Shown piece by piece: positions 23,394-36,895 of a stretch of DNA of 64,000 nucleotides (positions are counted from its first letter, which is position 1; each line of letters opens with the position of its first letter). The position numbers and the translations under genes were made by a program. The DNA is taken from assembly GCA_030704615.1 (NCBI GenBank), contig CM060731.1, positions 6,696,001-6,760,000 on the forward strand, in the 5' to 3' direction. Source of the stretch: Takakia lepidozioides (lineage: Eukaryota > Plantae > Bryophyta). Under the pieces are notes generated by a model. It was not told the origin of the DNA, did no database searches, and was given only the letters and a program-made list of their open reading frames with translations.

Positions 23394-24490
23394 TAATGGC
23401 GTAACTTTTACGGTGGACTTGGCCGTTGCCATAGCTACAGCTTTAATGCCATCATTGTGGTGTGTTGAGTTCATCCTTTCTAATATCAAACCCCGATATA
23501 TGTATATATACCAGCCATTTTTTTTTCATTTATGAAGTTTCATAGACATGACTACAGTCAGCAGCAGGCTCCTTGGAACTGAATTGGCGATTATATTCAA
23601 ATGTTTTTGGTCCAACGGCTGGCAACAATACTTAAATTGAGGTTGAGTTTTGGCGAAGTGTGAAACCAAATAAAAATTTGTGATGGCGACACTCTGATTT
23701 TTAGGATAAAAATTGGAATATGAAAAAAAAAAGAAAAAAAAGGGGGGGGGTGGGGGGGGGCTGGTCTGAACGCTACTTGCATAATGACCAAGGCAGCAGC
23801 CCATGGATAAATGCTAAGACGAGCTGGGCGGTATATGTACGCACTACATGAGACCATTCTGGAACGTTCACTGGGAAGAATTAGACCTTAGACATACGCC
23901 CACCGGTTTCTGTGCTCCCAAATGTTGCTTGCTTATGTACAAGACATGCATATCCCGGTCCCAATCTGTCTGAAAGTCAAAGGGGCGTCATGGAAAAATG
24001 AGAGAGAGGGGGGGGGGGGGGTGGGGAGTCATGAAGGTGACAGAGCAATAACAGCTCCGCAAGCAAAAACGAGACATTGGCATATAATAGGGAGGATCCT
24101 GTGTGTGTGACAAAAGTATCAACTACTGGCAAAAATATGGACACTGTGCTTCAACAACTTGAATGATAGAATCTCTAGTACCATTTCACTCCTCCTTTTG
24201 GGGGGCATTACTGGAAATAGTTGGTAGGTCTGCTAGTCGCTTGTTTGATGTCCATATAGCTGATTGCTTTGCTAGCAACGAATATGCACTGGTCTAGCTA
24301 CAAAAACTGTACTCTTTGTTTTAAGAGCTTCTCAAAGCCTCAAGTGAACATTCTTCTTCTGAACCAAATGGGTTATGGCCAAGGAAAAGACAGAGTTCCA
24401 TCTTTTCAAGTTTGAGGAAAGCTGTTTGTTTGTCTACGTCTCTCTGCCTACCACGTTTTTCTAGACACAAAAAGCTGAATTGCAACTTTT

Positions 24491-27400
24491 TTAAGTGTCA
24501 AAGAAAGTCACTATGTGAGAATAGACATCAGCTTTGACAGTGTCACCCATTACAAAATCACCATGAGCATAGTTGGGCATGTAAAGTACTTGCGGAGTTC
24601 CCTGCAGTGAACTAATCAAAATACTAACGTCTTGAGGGTCTGAAAGGGCATCATTTCCTCCATGTGCAAGAAAGACCGGGAGCTCCTGGGGAATTGCTGT
24701 CAGATCGTACTCTGGGGGGAACAGCGAGCTATACCGCCTCAAATTACCCCAAAAGCCATAGTCATACATGCCAAAACTCCCTGATCGCACAACTGCACCC
24801 ACCTCTCCCACCCTGCTGAGGTCACCATCATAACCTTCTACGTCCCCTTCCCTATATAATGCTTGAACTCCTTGTTCTCCCCTTTCCCACTTAACCCAGC
24901 CGGGCATTTTGATCCCCTGCTACAGGTCTCCACCTTGCCTACTTTAAACATAAGTAATCTTCCTAGTGTCAGTTTAGATACATGTCAGTTTTTCCAGATC
25001 AAACACCTACAGGGCCTTAAGAACACTTCACCCAGGGCCTCCGTGGATAATGCCATCAGGTGGGAGTCTCCAGACATCAAAGCCATTGCTCAAGCCAATG
25101 CACATTAAGGAAAGCTCCAAGCCAGGCATTTTGATCCCCTGCTACAGGTCTCCACCTTGCCTACTTTGAACATAAGTAATCTTCCTAGTGTCAGTTGTAG
25201 ATACATGTCAGTTTTTCCAGATCAAACACCTACAAGGCACACTTCACCCAGGGCCTCCGTGGATAATGCCATCAGGTGGCAGTCTCCAGACATCAAAGCC
25301 ATCGCTCAAGCCAATGCACATTAAGAAAAGCTCCAAGCCATTAAATAAAAGGAGAAGAGAGCTGGTACTCACGTTGGGCCATCTGTGCTAAGTTCTGCAT
25401 GGAGGTCGACTGCAACTCATAGCGGTAATACGCTGGTAGTCGAGACTGATTGAAGCAACAGTTGGGACCTGACACCCCACACAACGCTCAGTTTTCATCG
25501 TCTTTCAGCATGCTTTCCTCCTTAGCTACCACATCTTCATGCAGACCATGTGATTGGGAAAAGAGGAAGAATAACCAAAGACAGACTAGGGTACAAAAGG
25601 AAAGTAATAGCCAGACCAACCTGTGATGAGAGAAATGACATCATGTCTGCAGTCTACTTGCGGGGAAGTACAAGTGATGTCAAGAAACTTTTGGCCTGCT
25701 TGGCTGCATGATGTAAAACACGGTAGAGAACTATGAAGGCAACACATTAGTTTCTTAGCTTACAAGACAAGAAGACCAATTCAAGGGTACTTGTTTCTAA
25801 GACCACCTCTGTGCAGTGGAGATCATTAGTGGTGTAGGGGCTGGACAACCTCTTATTTCCTCCTGCCCTCGTAAATTTAAGAAAACAGTATGCAAAAGCT
25901 ACAATTGGTGACATTGTGCTTCGAAGCATGACATGATCCAAACTGTCAAGTGCACATCCTACTGCCGAACTGAGACTCTGAAGGGTAGGGGCTGTGAATG
26001 CTTCAAAGCTGCTAATGACAAACCTGCTACCTGTCGTTTCTGGACTACATCTGGGTGTGACTGATAGAGCCATGGGCCAAAAGATCTACTGGCAGGCCCA
26101 TCAGAGAATGACCTAGTCAGAGGATTTCACTATAATCTTATCCAAAAGACTAGGGTATCAGTAAAATCACAAAGTTTTTAGAATGGGGTGTTACCTGGAT
26201 ACACTGAACTCAGCCACACCTGCTAACAGCAATATCTGCATAGCCCAAGGTATTCTGTCCATATAAGAATTGATCGCCATTCTTCTTTCCATGCAACTAA
26301 TGAAGCCAGCCTTCATTTATACAACACCCATTTCATTGCTATCACCATCTCAGCTTCCTCTGATTGGACTAAGTTCTAGATCAAACTTTGTCATTTCAGA
26401 GCAACTCAGCTGGCCGTTCCCAAATAGGACCACCCATCACAAGCGCAAAGGAGTTAACATCAAAATACCTGATCAGCAAATAGCCAGCAAGCTGCTGCTG
26501 CAAAGGGCGATGTGATGTGGCCCACGTAGGCTACGGGACTAAGCATGGCCGCTTTAGACACCAAACTCACCAAAGGCCCTTGAGAAAATGCTGCAAATGC
26601 TGTCATTGAGCCCTGCACCATTGGCACCCTTGACAATTAAATGTAAATCTTTCCAACAGGTGCAGATTTTCTGCAATCCTCTGCCTGTTTGCAACAATCC
26701 TAATCTCAAAACCCCAGGTTCTGCGATGTCAATCTATCGCTTGACTGGTGGCACAAGACAAAGGTTGTGATTGCACATTGATGGCCTTAGTGAACATCAT
26801 TCCATTTGCATGTTGCAGATTCCAAAGGAGGAGCAAGGTACCTGGGAATAGCCAACATAGTTGATGGGTCGATTCGTCTGGGCATACACAAACTGCAGCA
26901 TCACGGGCAGGTCCTTGGCCACCAAGTCATCCCAGTTCCAGTTCCAGAATGCCTGCATGGTTCAGAATTGCATTAAACCACACAGTCCAGCACTTCCCTA
27001 CTGATAGCAACCCATGTCTGGTTTTCAAATGTGGTAGCCCTTGCCAACCTGGATGCAAGTGCCTAAACATCACAAAACACGTGTACATAGAGATGCAGAA
27101 CGGAGTTTCCAATGCCAAATTTTCTGCTCTTGTGAGCAATTGTGCGAGTCCAAATTTGCTCCACCCAGGAATACATACACTTAGTTGCAACATTTGAAGG
27201 CCTTTGCTAGGAAGGTGACTCGCATAGGGCAAAGTGTTGGTTCTTCCCCCTAAGATTGTCAAGTTCTCATGCACCGTTACATATATGAGTTACAAACCGG
27301 TTGCCAACACAAAGATGGAGTGAAAGAAGGTGATCGTCAGGTATAGCATGACCAAGGGTGGCAAATGAGAACATTGGGACACAGCTGTCGCTAGCACCTA

Positions 27401-29060
27401 CTTGGTGAGGGAATGCACAAATATGACGATGGGCTTGAGGACCAAGAGGAGTGGTTGGAAATGTGACAGAGAGCCCCAGCATGTGCAATGGGGATCTGGT
27501 GAGAATGATTCCACGCTCGGAGATACACGATGTTAGACAAAAAGATACTGGGTGTGGCAAACCAAATACCAGTGGCCCCGAGGAAGGTATATGGAGATGG
27601 AGTTGACCAAACATGAGCCCTATTTGTTAACAGGAGATGCAAAGGCTTGTAAATCTTGAGACGAGAGGGAGACTTACCTTGTCACTTCTGATGTACGTGG
27701 CATGGCCAAAGGTGTAGTTTGAGGAGCGTGTATTGCCAATCCACACATCATAGCCCGCATCAGCCAACGTGAAAGCCAAGGATTGATCGCGGGAATTCAT
27801 CACCCAGATTTCCCCTCCCTGAGTATCCTCCCCACTCACCTTTTAGACACTGAAATCCAGGCATGCCTATTGGAGATCATGCTAGACGGATAGTCCATGA
27901 TCGTACTACTGATATGCATGTGAGAGCTTTCCAGGCATGAGAATTTGATAAACCCAACTTAGGTAAGATTCAGTAAATCCAACTACTCTATCAATCAGCC
28001 TGTTTAAGTATGGGTTGCAGTGTGTGCTTTCCCGCAATTCTTTCTTTCCCGAATTGGGCCCAAAGTACTGACCTCCATGATACCATGATAAAGAAAGACA
28101 GGCCCCTTGATGGGAGGAGTAGTGGGTGCTCCAACGCGTTGCACTGCAAGCAAATATCCATCGTCGGTTGGTACCTGAACATAATGCCGGTAGCACAAGT
28201 CATTTCGTTTCAATGAAAGCAACAGAAGCCGAGTCATTAAATGTCAAGATTCGTATAATGGGTCGTTACCGTTGAGGAAATGAGTCGCGCAGCTCTAGAG
28301 TTGGCAATCAACTTTTGAGCTGTAAATTCTCCCAAGTACTCATCAGTTTTGTTTCTTTCGATTTTTTTGTACATGGAGGTGAACCTGACAAAACTTGTAA
28401 AGTAATTTGCACAATCTACTAGCTCTGGACGACTTCCCAGAGCTTGAGCACAGGTTCTTGCTGCACCGCCAGGGTGAAGTAAGTGCCTCTTCTGGGTTCC
28501 AACATAAGCCTGCTACATTGTATTAGCTGCTAACATTCAGCTGTATTACGTCAAAAAACATCGACGAAACGTTGCAACTGCCAAAGAAATTTGGGAATAT
28601 TTATGTCACAGTAGGGTCTGCACAGCTGGATCTGCTTCAATGTCCAACAATCTGGACAGTAAACTTCCCGACTTTAAATTCAGTGCAATTCCGGTGAGTG
28701 TGCATACAATCTACATGATATAAACAAACACGGTCCATAAATCGTGAGACGCCAACTGCAGTAGACTTCATCGCGTCACTGCAATGGAACTATAATATGG
28801 AGTTTGAATCACAGAGGCCGATCGACAGGCTGGCGTGCGTAACACTCCGAAAGGTAGACGAGGATCTAGACCACCATTAGTACTAAGACAGGAGCACGCA
28901 CCACGGACTCTGTGCACTGATACCCGTAGGATTGCACAAATAGTTGACAATAACCGGTGCTGTGCAGGGGAGTGAATGCTTCAGCATGCAGAAGCAGCAT
29001 TGTCCTGATTGCCAGCATCGTCGTGCAGCTGACCACCCAATGCCTCACTGCTGGTGCCAT
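24491..29060 (-). CDS. triacylglycerol lipase (acid lipase, alpha/beta hydrolase; plant LIP1/LIP2-like), 392 aa
   Basis: Exons 29060-28902, 28174-28073, 27818-27678, 26952-26842, 26612-26469, 26235-26195, 25703-25621, 25468-25373, 24792-24491; all GT-AG, 1179 bp in frame. TDDGYLL, GYDVWIGN, GYSQG nucleophile, ND...D, YAHGDF; hydrophobic N-terminus. Confidence 0.95.
24899..25340. repeat. 222-bp tandem duplication in the last lipase intron
   Basis: gcattttgatcccctgctacaggtctcc at ~24904 and ~25126. Confidence 0.9.
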
Positions 29061-30518
29061 ATCATAGATCGATCTTCTCAATTTTCCAACCACTGGTGAG
29101 CGAGTGGAGACTCGCTATGTCATTCTGTTTCTCCGCACATCCGATAGATTCGACCCTCCCACTAGTTCCATAAACACATGCAGTGTTTTGCCTATTATGC
29201 CCTCTAAGCTCTGCCTTCCGCTGGGCTGGCAAAGTCTCGTCCACTGCCTAAATCAATACCGCGACGTCTCTAAGAGTGAGAAAGACTAGGCGTGAGAAAG
29301 CTATAACGATGCAGAGGACGAGACCCCAAACAGCGAAACTATCAGGAACTACAGCTGCATTAAAGACATGTAATACCGCAGTATTTCTTCCCTGGCAAGT
29401 GACAACCTCTTCCATTGTCGGACTTCCACTGCTCTTCTCACCGCCCACAGCAATAACTATCGTATAACAACCCAGCATTCATCATCGCACGTGCAAACTG
29501 TCCTATAAGCAGCCTTCTGCCTTCTGTCGACCCTCTCTCCCAGCCTTTGCTTCCAGTTCAAACAGTATTCTCAACGCCATCATTGCACACTCGAACTGAG
29601 AGTCTAAAATCCTGATACCGTCCTCCCTCGGACCTGTCCCCAACATACATACCTGTTCACATCACAATCTCCACTTTTCCTTTACTCTGCAATATAATAG
29701 AGCAATCAATGGGGACTGGTGAGATCGACGACATTGGGGACCCTCCAGCTCAATACGCTGCTTGTGATTGCCTGCGCAGGCCTTTCAAGCTTCTGGACGT
29801 GGACGTACGCTGCACAGTTTTCATGGCTGCCAGACGCTCTGAGACTGCTCAGATGCAGTGGCTGGCTGGCCCAGCCCCCCCATCTCCTCAACTATCGAGC
29901 ACCAACGACCCCTCTCTCGCACGTGTGAAATGCCCCACACTGAGGAATTGCACATACTTTATTGGCACTTTATTGGCTCCTCCTGGGCATCAGTCTTGTA
30001 GCTTCCCAAGTAATAACACCTTCCTGGTTATACATGAAGAAGAAATGGATGAATGGAAAGAGGATGAAATCTTATAAGGTGACATAAAGTGCAAAATTTT
30101 ATGATTTTTTAAGTTAATGATGGATGAAAGTAGATCCATCTTCAAACTCGTGAATGTTATACATGTCATGCGCGACAAATTTGAGGCCGGATGGACTTTG
30201 GAACGATCCCTGCACGGCCGAGATGTTGCTGAAGATGTAGGAATCCTTCGAAGGCAGTTGATGCAGATCTAGCCCGCTCATTATGGAAATCTCCTGCACA
30301 GAAACTGTAATATGGGGTCGTAATATAGAGTAGGGAGGATGGAAGTGTGAGTAGGTGGTATTCCACAATTTAGGCTTCTTGCTCACATAATAATACTAAT
30401 AATAATCTTCTTGCTCACAATGGAGTTACTTTTTCTTTTCTTTTTTAATTTTAAAGTAACATGCCGACTTGTGTGGTGTGCAAATAGGTCGTAACTGGTA
30501 TAAGGACTACCCCACTTC

Positions 30519-30982
30519 CACGATGTGCTGCGTACACGGACTGGAATCTATATTGGTATTCACTGGTATTAGATACCTGACCAGTCTGGTATCATTTGGG
30601 AGAATACTTGGTCATAAACCAGACCAGGCTGGTATCATTTATACCAGCCACAATACCAGTACTCAACTGCCCGTCTTCCTCATTTACTCTGTATGTGTAC
30701 TATAGTAATTTATGTGTACATGTGCCTACATATTTGTATTTGTGTATTTACTTTTTATGTATTTTTTTTGTTTTCACTTGATAGTAATTCAAGATGGCTT
30801 TGGAATGATCCCAGAGTTGAAATCTCACAGTTGGTATTGCGGTCATGATACTCATACTCATACCAGTATCTGGAAAAAAGTACATCCACCATTATATAGA
30901 CCAGACTGGTATGAAAGTTTTGTGATATGTCTAGTACCAGGACCAGTCTGGTATGTAAAAAGGTTGATACCAGTCCATCGTA
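30519..30982. mobile_element. degenerate MITE-like element
   Basis: Repeated accag(a/t)ctggtat motifs and imperfect terminal inverted ACGATG..GGACTGG; related copy at 17667. Confidence 0.45.
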
Positions 30983-32168
30983 ACTATGGTTGGTATGGGA
31001 TGGTCTAGTGTTGGGTACATGAACCCGGGTATTAATCTATTAACTTGGGTATGGATCTACCCTACTATCCTACCATTGGGTGTCAGCATCATTACCGCGA
31101 ATTGCTCAAGGTTGCTCAATAGGAGGCTCCTATCATTCATCACCTCACAATACCAACGCATAGGTTTGGTATTTGGGATTTGCTTCACATTAATTTGTAT
31201 AGATATTGATGAGTGGAAAGCTTGAATAATTAGTGTCACTTTGGGAGAGGCTTCTTTGCTAGCAAATTCCTTAATCCATTTTATCCATTGGTTGTACCAA
31301 GATCCGGGTTGATACTTGATACCCAGGCCAGTATCAACTGATACCACTTCAGTTTTCAGCAGCTTGGTTTACATATTCGAGACTGGTATTAAAATTTGGA
31401 GAATCCATGATACTATGGGACCAATATATCTCATGTGAGGAATTGGACTATGTAGACCCGATTGATATGTTCAAAAGTCAATACCAAACCAACACTAAGG
31501 ATATGATAAATTGGGAGCATCAATGCCATTTGGTCTGAAATTTGAAATGTAGATTTGTCATTCCATGTGAAAGTTTATATGGTTGAATGGCAGGGACAAT
31601 TTTGCCTTTTGTATGATTGCCATTGCATATTTCATTCAGTATCAAACAATATCCAAAAAGTTGAAAGAGATGAGTGTCATGTATTATGATAATAGTATAC
31701 ATGACTAAAAATATGCAGTCTGAGTGATAGTGTCATACCTTTTGAAACAATATATGTATTTATAATTTGTTCTAGCTAGTATTCTCATTGTAGATTGTCG
31801 ACCAACTGTGTAACAGGCTTGCAAAATCTTAACAATTAAGACGCATTGGTAGATTTGCAAAACACCTAGTAGGCTTGAGTCAAGTCACTAAAGCGCAGAA
31901 TCATTCATATTTTATGTATTTTTTTTCATATTTAATGTTAGTAAGGATATCCTTCGTAGTTCAAACTGATTATGGTAGGGTTTCTCTCTTCACATGTGAA
32001 GAACAACCCTAGTTTGAAGTATAAATTAATTGCAAAGGGCAATTAAAGCCTTCATATTTTAGAGCGCAATTTGAGGACCAGTTCATATGAGCTAATTTGG
32101 TTGGACTCAATGGGATTTTATCTTTGAAGTGTTGTAAAAAAAACATTCAATAGGTATTAGTACTTGCC

Positions 32169-32584
32169 GCCTCTCATTTTAAGATAATAGGGTCTTCAAT
32201 GGGCACGTGCGATGTGGCCGGTGGGCCCCGCTCACGGACGCCCGGCTCCCCAGCACCTCGCCCGCCCCGCCCGCCGCTGCGCGCGGTCGCCCAGCCGTGG
32301 GCGCGGCTGCAGCAACCGCGCCTGCGCCCCCGTCCGCCGCGCGGCGAGTCCCCCGCCCATGAGTCCGCTGCCCTCCAGTCTGCCAGTCCGCTGCTGGCCA
32401 GTCCGCTGCCCAGCAGTCTGCCAGTCCGCCAGTCTGCCCGCCAGTCCGCTGCCCAGCAGTCTGCCAGTCCACCAGTCTGCCCGCCAGTCCGCTGGCCAGT
32501 CCCCTGCCATCCAGTCCGCTGACGGCGCAGGATCGCCACCGTCCATTCCCATAACCCATCCGAGCCCTCCATTTTCAGGGCTGC
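32169..32584 (+). repeat. MULE left TIR
   Basis: Reverse complement of 44331-44689 apart from two indels. Confidence 0.92.
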
Positions 32585-32728
32585 AATTCAAACCTGCATC
32601 CCTGCCGTTTGCCACTTGCCAGCAGCCGCGAACGTGCGCACTGTTCTCCTGGCACGTTGTCGATCGTGTCTTGTATTGCGGCGCGTTTCTTGCATGTTCA
32701 GAAGCGTGTCTTTTGTACTGTATAGGGC

Positions 32729-35700
32729 ATGGACGTGGAAGCAAAACCCGATGATATACTGATCACAGAAAACCCGCTTATACGGCCTCTTCGACAATGT
32801 TTGCAAACAGCAAAACCAGGACCCTTCAACAGGAATGATCTCCATTGGAAGAGTGAGACGCAATATGGGTTTGTGGGTGTGTGAGTGAATGTTGAAAAGG
32901 CCTGCATACCTTGGGATAGAGTTGGTGACTTCGTCCTGGGAGAGAGAGTTTGGAGGACTACCCCACTCAGTTTTGGGTGAATGTCCATTCTAAAGTGGAA
33001 CCCGGCTCGCGAAAAGCACCCAAAGCCAACACATTTCTGTCCAGTATTATGTGTGCACCATCCTCAGTCCTTTTGACGTTTCATTGCATGTCTGTTGCCA
33101 TTTTTTGTTTCACGAGTTCTCTGATTTTATGCTTCCTCAAGTCGTTGGATATCGATTTTAGAATTTTCTGTCCAGGTATCAATGCTGTTACGGTCTTGAT
33201 GACAAGCGCACCAACAAGGCAATAATGGAGGATCCAAAACAGAAGCGTGGAGGACCTCTTGTGGGTGCTCTTGTGCATCTAAATCTGTTTCTGGGTCTGC
33301 CAGAAGGAGGTTCACAACTTCTTCCTTATCTTCCCATGAAGCCAAGTGGAGAGGGGTGAAACCTCTTATGACCCACTTGGCCCTTGCCTCTGCTATGGTA
33401 GAAGTCGGAGTATGGAGAGTCTTACAAACGTGGTTGCCCATGCTGTTTCAAGGTCCAGCAATGCTATCTCGCCCCTGACATCTGTGTCCTCACGTACTAC
33501 AACAACATGGAGCATACAGATGCGCAAGGGAAACCCTCGCATGGGAAGTCCGCAGAGTTCAGGAACACCCACCACGCCTATGCACCACACATTAGCGAGG
33601 AATTGAAAGCATGGGTTGTCGAGTGTTTGTGCCGAGGCCTGTCGGTCGCCCAAATCATGATGGAGCATAAAGAGCACGTGATGAACAACACCGGCTTGGG
33701 CGATGCATGGACCCGCGATGATTTCTTGTTGGAGCAAGATGTTCGCAACCTTGCCGAGAAACGTGCGTGGCAAACCTTCAAAAAGCACGCCGATGATGCA
33801 GAGAGTGTGCGCATGTGGAGAGACCAGAATCCTGCGTCCGTTTTTTTCTATCAAGAGGAGAAATTAGAGCCAACATTCGAGCATTTTGATGGAGATTTGA
33901 CATTCACTATTGGCATACAGACTCCGTGGCAGAAACGACGAATGCTAGAACTAGGACATGACCGTATCGTTGCATGTGATGCAACCTTTGGGACAAATCA
34001 TGACAAGGTACTATTCGAACGATTCCATGGATTTGTACGAGCATGATAACATAGTACCATGCAACATTCACATAATATTTGGTGTGCTGACCCTTTCTGT
34101 ATGTTTAGGGTTGTGTACGTTGCGGAAGACCGAGAGGCAGACCCATTGTGAACCGCTACAGACCTCATCACTCTTATGAAGTCTTCTCGTGCAGAACTGA
34201 GCGAAATTTGCATGCTCTGACCATCTTACATTGTGCATTCCAGCAGTTCCCATTGTACACGTTGATGGTCTTCGACGAGTGGTTGAACGGTATACCAGTT
34301 GCCTATATCCTATCCGCAAGGAATCGGACAAGAGACCTACTTCCGTGGATGAGAGCCTTGCGCGATTTACTCCTCGCAGATTTGCAGAGCTGGCGACCCA
34401 ATGCCTTCATTGTGGACGATGCCGAAGCATAAATCAACGTTATTCGGTAAGTCTGTTGGTCCACAGCACCGGTCCATTGTCGAGGTCCACTGCAGCAGTC
34501 CATTGCTACAGTCCACTGGCAGACTCCTGTGGCAAAACCCGATGGCAGTTCGCTGGGCAAATCCACTGGTAGTCCGCTGTCAAGTCCGGTCATCAGTCCC
34601 CTGGCAGTCCCCGGCAAGTCCGCTCGGCAGTCCGCTGTGGCAGTCCAATGGGGCAGTCCGCTGATGCAGTCCGCTGCCCTAGTCCTAGCTAGGGGAAGTC
34701 CAATGGGGAAGTCCACTGGGTAGTCCAATGGGGTTATTCCAGCACATCAACGTCATGGCATTGTACTGTCCACTGGGCGAGTCCAGTGGCTCTGCCCGCT
34801 GATACAGGTCGCTGTTACAGTCCACTCCGGCAGTCCACCATTGCAGTCCGATCCCAAGACTCTAATGTGTACCATGTGTGTTGTGCAGAATTGTTTTTGA
34901 AGGAGTACTCATTTTCCTCTGCCTTTGGCATGTCCGCAAGGCATGGGTGAAGCAATCATGCAAGAAAACGAAGGATCCGGTGACCGCTGTAAACTTGTTG
35001 AAGGATATGGGAGACCTCATGTACTATAGAGGGGGACCACGCAACGAGAAAAGAGCGCTTCGGTGGGTTGCAAGGAGAATCCGTCGTATGAGGTCAAAAT
35101 ACCCGAAAGGACATGAATTTCTTGACTATATCGAACAGTACTGGAAGCCCAAAATAGCAATGTGGTGTGCAGCAGCCCGCCATGTCCCTCATGCGAGCCA
35201 AGACACAAACGCAAGCATTGAGGCATACCATGGAAATCTGAAGGCAAGACTTGCCATGGGGAAAGGCAAGATGAGTGGTCGTAGAGTGGACTGGCTTATA
35301 TGGGAACTCACTGGTCGTGTGCTAACACACTACTGGTACGCAATCCATTTGAAGACCCACGGGTTCATAAGAAATGACAAACACGAAAAGTACATATCCA
35401 GTTCTATACTTGCGGCACGAGACATTCCTGCTGAGAGTGTTACTCTCTTCCTTGGGTCCTGGTGAACCAGCCTACGTTCTCAGCAGCAACCACCCGGCAC
35501 AACATACATTGTTTACAATCCTGATTGCGATTGGGGTTGTTGCACGTGCCCATGGGCAATGAAGGGAAACTTATGCAAGCATCAGGTCCGTGTCCTGAAG
35601 ATGCTTCACCCTGACCTGCAGGATGGCCTCCTTGTGCGCGCTTGTGGCACGGCGCTGGGAACCATTCATGGAGGATTACCTAACTTGCTCTTGGGCAATG

Positions 35701-35963
35701 GTGCCGGCGGCAACGACGAATCCAATCAGTTCATGGAAAGACATCCTCCGGACGACTTCCCCTACGACGAGGCACCTCTGGAGGTCTCAGCCTCATTGGA
35801 ACAAGAATTCGCGGACATACTTCGCATTGTAGGTGATGACAAATACCTGGAGGCACATGCCCGATCTGCTCTTCATATGTGCAGAGGGCAGCTCGTTGAT
35901 ATCCGGCGAAAAGTGCGGCTGGAATGTTGCACCCTGCGGCAGCGAAGGCTTTCCGTCCTCTGA
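32729..35963 (+). pseudogene. MULE transposase with SWIM domain
   Basis: Introns 33051-33175, 34008-34246, 34447-34888. IPWDRVGDFV, YKRGCPCCF, ACDATFGTN, AFIVDD, CLWH, NASIEAYH, CTC..GNLCKH. Premature TAA at 34430 and frameshifts. Confidence 0.9.
33250..33401 (-). pseudogene. captured ankyrin-repeat fragment
   Basis: RGFTPLHLASWEDKEEVVNLLLADPETDLDAQ matches the ankyrin consensus G-x-TPLH-x-A...V..LL. Confidence 0.8.
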
Positions 35964-36099
35964 ACGACAACAACAACATGTCTCTGAAAAGGAGACGAGA
36001 TTTCGTGGAGGCCTGGAAAACCCGGCCTAGGGTTTTGCGGAGAACCAGCAAGAGGGTGTCTGCACCTGCACCTGCAGCACATATATACTCGAAAATTCG

Positions 36100-36352
36100 C
36101 AAGGTTTCAGGTCGTGTAGATGTCACGAAGAAGACAATATAAGTCTGCAATGCCTCGAAAAGAGACAAGGTTTCACGTCGTGTAGGTGTCACGGAGAAGA
36201 CAATATAAGTCTGCAATTCCTCAAAAAGAGACAAGGTTTCATGTCGTGTAGGTGTCACAAAGAAGACAATATAAGTCTGCAATTCCTCGAAAAGAGACAA
36301 GGTTTTATGTCGTGTAGGTGTACGAAGAAGACAATATAAGTCTGCAATTCTT
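36100..36352. repeat. 66-bp tandem repeat x~4
   Basis: caaggttt at 36100, 36166, 36232, 36298. Confidence 0.92.
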
Positions 36353-36895
36353 CTGGTAGCATTGTCCCTTTCTGAAATACAAGTCCGCAATGGACTAATG
36401 CACAGTCTCCAACGGACTCCTCCAGTCTCCCAACTGACTCCCACACAGTCTCCCAAGCATAGTCTCCCAACGGACTCACGCACAGTCTCCCAACAGAGTC
36501 ACAGTCAACAGACTGCGAGCGCCAGTAAGCCAGTCTGCTGGTCAGTCTGCTGCCCACTCCAAAAGTCTGCTCACCACACTTCCACCTCATCCCTGCAACT
36601 TATGCCAATCCAGCGTCCCAAGCGGACTCATGGACATGGTGCCTCCCAGACTAGGTACCAGACCCAGCAGTCCTAGCCTCGGCAGCGTACTGCTCGCACA
36701 TTCAAGCTCAGCAGACTCGGGTGCACAGTGCATGGAAAAATTGACACCATTGTGTCCATTGAGTTTAGTGACAACATTACAAAACATGCCAGCACCCACA
36801 GTACACAAAAGTGCTCATCACCACTGGAATAGTAAGCGAAAAGACTCGCATTTTTTATTTCGGTACATAGACTTCACAGGACAAGTACATCATAC

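Noticed and set aside
23031-23489. 152-aa ORF or miRNA-like hairpin
   Set aside because: Lies across a Tourist MITE; pairing is limited to the 14-bp TIR.
29700-30390. Short ORFs upstream of the lipase
   Set aside because: No recognisable domain or consistent exon structure.
31006-31497. hAT MITE with TAGTGTTGG / CCAACACTA ends
   Set aside because: Only a 9-bp inverted match and no 8-bp TSD.
32174-32754. Several 100-180 aa ORFs here and at 44181-44734
   Set aside because: They are translations of the GC-rich TIRs, mirrored at both ends.
35731-36483. 250-aa ORF with 22-aa repeats
   Set aside because: Antisense read-through of the 66-bp tandem repeat and the transposase tail.
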